DNA of 64,000 bases from NCBI GenBank assembly GCA_022819855.1, contig JAJEGN010000012.1, positions 10,746-74,745 on the forward strand, read 5' to 3'. Source of the stretch: Gammaproteobacteria bacterium. Its GTDB lineage: Bacteria > Pseudomonadota > Gammaproteobacteria > Steroidobacterales > Rariloculaceae. This document shows positions 62,525 through 64,000 of the stretch, piece by piece. Positions within the stretch are counted from its first letter, which is position 1; each line of letters opens with the position of its first letter. Both the position numbers and the translations under genes were made by a program. The notes beneath the pieces are model-generated. The model was not told where the DNA came from, made no database searches, and saw only the letters and a program-made list of their open reading frames with translations.

Positions 62525-63309
62525 TGCGCTCTCCTGTCATCCGGCGGACGAATTCGGACGCCGGCCTCGATCAGCCAGGCCTTCAAGTCCGGGATCGGGA
62601 TCGCGGCGGAGTGAAATACGCTCGCCGCGAGCGCACCATCGACCTGCGATTCCTCGAAAACCTCACGGAAATGGGACATTTCGCCGGCGCCTCCCGAGGC
62701 GATCAGCGGAACGTCACACACCGCGCGCACTTTCGCAAGCTGGGCGACATCGTAGCCGCGGCGAACGCCGTCCCGATTCATGCAGTTCAGGACGATCTCG
62801 CCGGCGCCGCGGTCCTGCACTTCGCGAACCCAGGGAAGGGTCCGGTAGCGGCTCTGTTCCGTACGGTCGACATCGCCCGTGTACTGGTAGACCTGGTAGT
62901 CGCCCGACTGCTCGAGGGAATCGATCCCGATCACGACGCACTGCGAACCGAAACGCTTGACGAGGCGGTCGATGAGATCGGGGTCCTCGAGTGCGGGCGT
63001 GTTGACCGAGATCTTCTCGGCGCCGAAGTTCAGGATCTCTTCGGCGTCGGCGACGCTGCGGATGCCGCCGGCGACGCAGAACGGAATATCGAGTACTTCT
63101 GCAACGCGGTTGACCCAGCTTCGGTCGACCGTCCGTCCATCGGGGCTCGCGGTGATGTCATAGAAGACGAGCTCGTCAGCGCCTTCGTCGCGATAGCGTG
63201 CGGCGAGTTCCAGGATGTCGCCCATGACGCGATGGTTGCGGAACTGCACGCCCTTGACGACCACGCCGTCGCGAACGTCGAGACAGGGGATCAGGCGTTT
63301 GGCAAGAAT
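62521..63309 (-). CDS. hisF: imidazole glycerol phosphate synthase cyclase subunit HisF (ATT start inferred)
   Basis: The ORF-track entry begins at GTG 63264. The in-frame upstream codons encode [15 protein letters not shown], the universally conserved HisF N-terminus including the catalytic Asp. ATT at 63309 lies 8 nt after aggag. No ATG/GTG/TTG exists upstream in frame. Confidence 0.85.
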   Translation of the reverse strand: MLAKRLIPCLDVRDGVVVKGVQFRNHRVMGDILELAARYRDEGADELVFYDITASPDGRTVDRSWVNRVAEVLDIPFCVAGGIRSVADAEEILNFGAEKISVNTPALEDPDLIDRLVKRFGSQCVVIGIDSLEQSGDYQVYQYTGDVDRTEQSRYRTLPWVREVQDRGAGEIVLNCMNRDGVRRGYDVAQLAKVRAVCDVPLIASGGAGEMSHFREVFEESQVDGALAASVFHSAAIPIPDLKAWLIEAGVRIRPPDDRRAH

Positions 63310-64000
63310 GGTCGTAACTCCTCGGTCGTCATGCGTCCCTCGAGCAGGGCCTTGCCGGAGATCGCGGACGCGACACCGGTCTGCGCAAGCCTGGCGAGGT
63401 CATTCGAGTCGCGGACGCCGCCGGAAGCCTGAAACTCAAGGTCCGGCCAGCGAGCCGCACAACGCGCGTACAAATCCAGATTGGGGCCCGTCAGAGCCCC
63501 GTCCCGATCGACATCCGTGCACAACACGTTACTTAGACCTGCGTCGAGGTAGCTGTCGACGGCGGTTTCGAGCGAAACAGCGCTTGAGCGCGTCCAGCCG
63601 TGGGTCATGACCAGGGCCGTGCCATTTTCGGCGAGGCTCACGTCGAAGCCGAGCGTGAATCGTTCCGCGCCGTGTTCGGTCATCCAGGCGCTGACTTGTT
63701 CCGGGTCGGTCACGGCCAGGCTGCCGATGACGACGCGGTCGGCAACCTCCAGAGCGCTCGACAGGCTTGCCTCGTCCCTGATGCCGCCGCCGAGCTGGAC
63801 CCTCAGGCCGGCGTTTGCGGCAATCGCCGCAGTCATTGCCCGGTTGACCGGCCGACCCGATTCAGCGCCGTCAAGGTCGACCACGTGAAGCCATTCGGCT
63901 CCGATCTCGCGGTAGCGGCCGGCAAGCTCCGCGGGGTCGACTTCGTAGCGCGTTTCGCGGTCGAAGTCGCCCTTTAGCAGCCGCACACAGCGGCCGTTCC
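63291..64000 (-). CDS. hisA: ProFAR isomerase HisA (5' end beyond the right window edge)
   Basis: Sequence ...[18 protein letters not shown]...[10 protein letters not shown]...QLGGGIRD...DRVVIGS...[14 protein letters not shown]. The frame is still open at position 64000, so the N-terminus (IPAIDL...) lies outside the window. Confidence 0.85.
   Translation of the reverse strand, partial: NGRCVRLLKGDFDRETRYEVDPAELAGRYREIGAEWLHVVDLDGAESGRPVNRAMTAAIAANAGLRVQLGGGIRDEASLSSALEVADRVVIGSLAVTDPEQVSAWMTEHGAERFTLGFDVSLAENGTALVMTHGWTRSSAVSLETAVDSYLDAGLSNVLCTDVDRDGALTGPNLDLYARCAARWPDLEFQASGGVRDSNDLARLAQTGVASAISGKALLEGRMTTEELRPFLPNA

Overview
High-GC (about 64-66% by eye), densely coding chromosome segment from a gammaproteobacterium. 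I read about 62 protein genes and 3 tRNAs. I saw no rRNA, CRISPR array, transposase, integrase or phage genes.

Most of the window is housekeeping. Gene order closely follows Pseudomonas/Xanthomonadales-type synteny, in these blocks:
- gluQ-dksA-queF
- smc-zipA-ligA
- PPIase-bolA-yciI-yciB / yciO
- M50 protease-scpA-scpB-rluB
- yciK-gph-ubiG-mtaD
- gyrA-serC-pheA-aroA-cmk-rpsA-ihfB-lapA-lapB-comEA-galU
- aspC / uvrB
- infC-rpmI-rplT-pheS-pheT-ihfA-merR-tRNA-Pro
- ilvD
- a fused aspartokinase/DAP-decarboxylase
- hisE-hisF-hisA

Between about 30.1 and 52.1 kb the core synteny is interrupted by less conserved genes. These mostly encode exported (Sec or Tat signal) enzymes:
- family III CoA-transferase
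- RraA/HMG-aldolase-like protein
- two PQQ beta-propeller dehydrogenases
- M20 amidohydrolase
- beta-lactamase-family serine hydrolase
- Tat-amidase
- omega-transaminase
- dienelactone hydrolase
- two SnoaL-like proteins

I found no convincing complete new system such as a defence island. The items most worth a second look are:
1. Three paralogous small secreted proteins whose predicted mature N-terminus is His-His (DUF6152-like). Two of them sit in tight operons with other uncharacterised secreted proteins.
2. Sharply AT-rich patches embedded in the coding sequence of conserved genes. One contains a perfect 10-3-10 palindrome.
3. Two essential or biosynthetic genes (infC, hisF) whose conserved N-termini can only be reached from non-canonical ATC/ATT start codons.
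4. A dksA ORF with a roughly 100-aa polycationic N-terminal extension and a 2-Cys finger.
5. A REP-like repeat cluster between galU and the accessory block.

All calls rest on my own reading of the ORF translations and the DNA. No database search was run.
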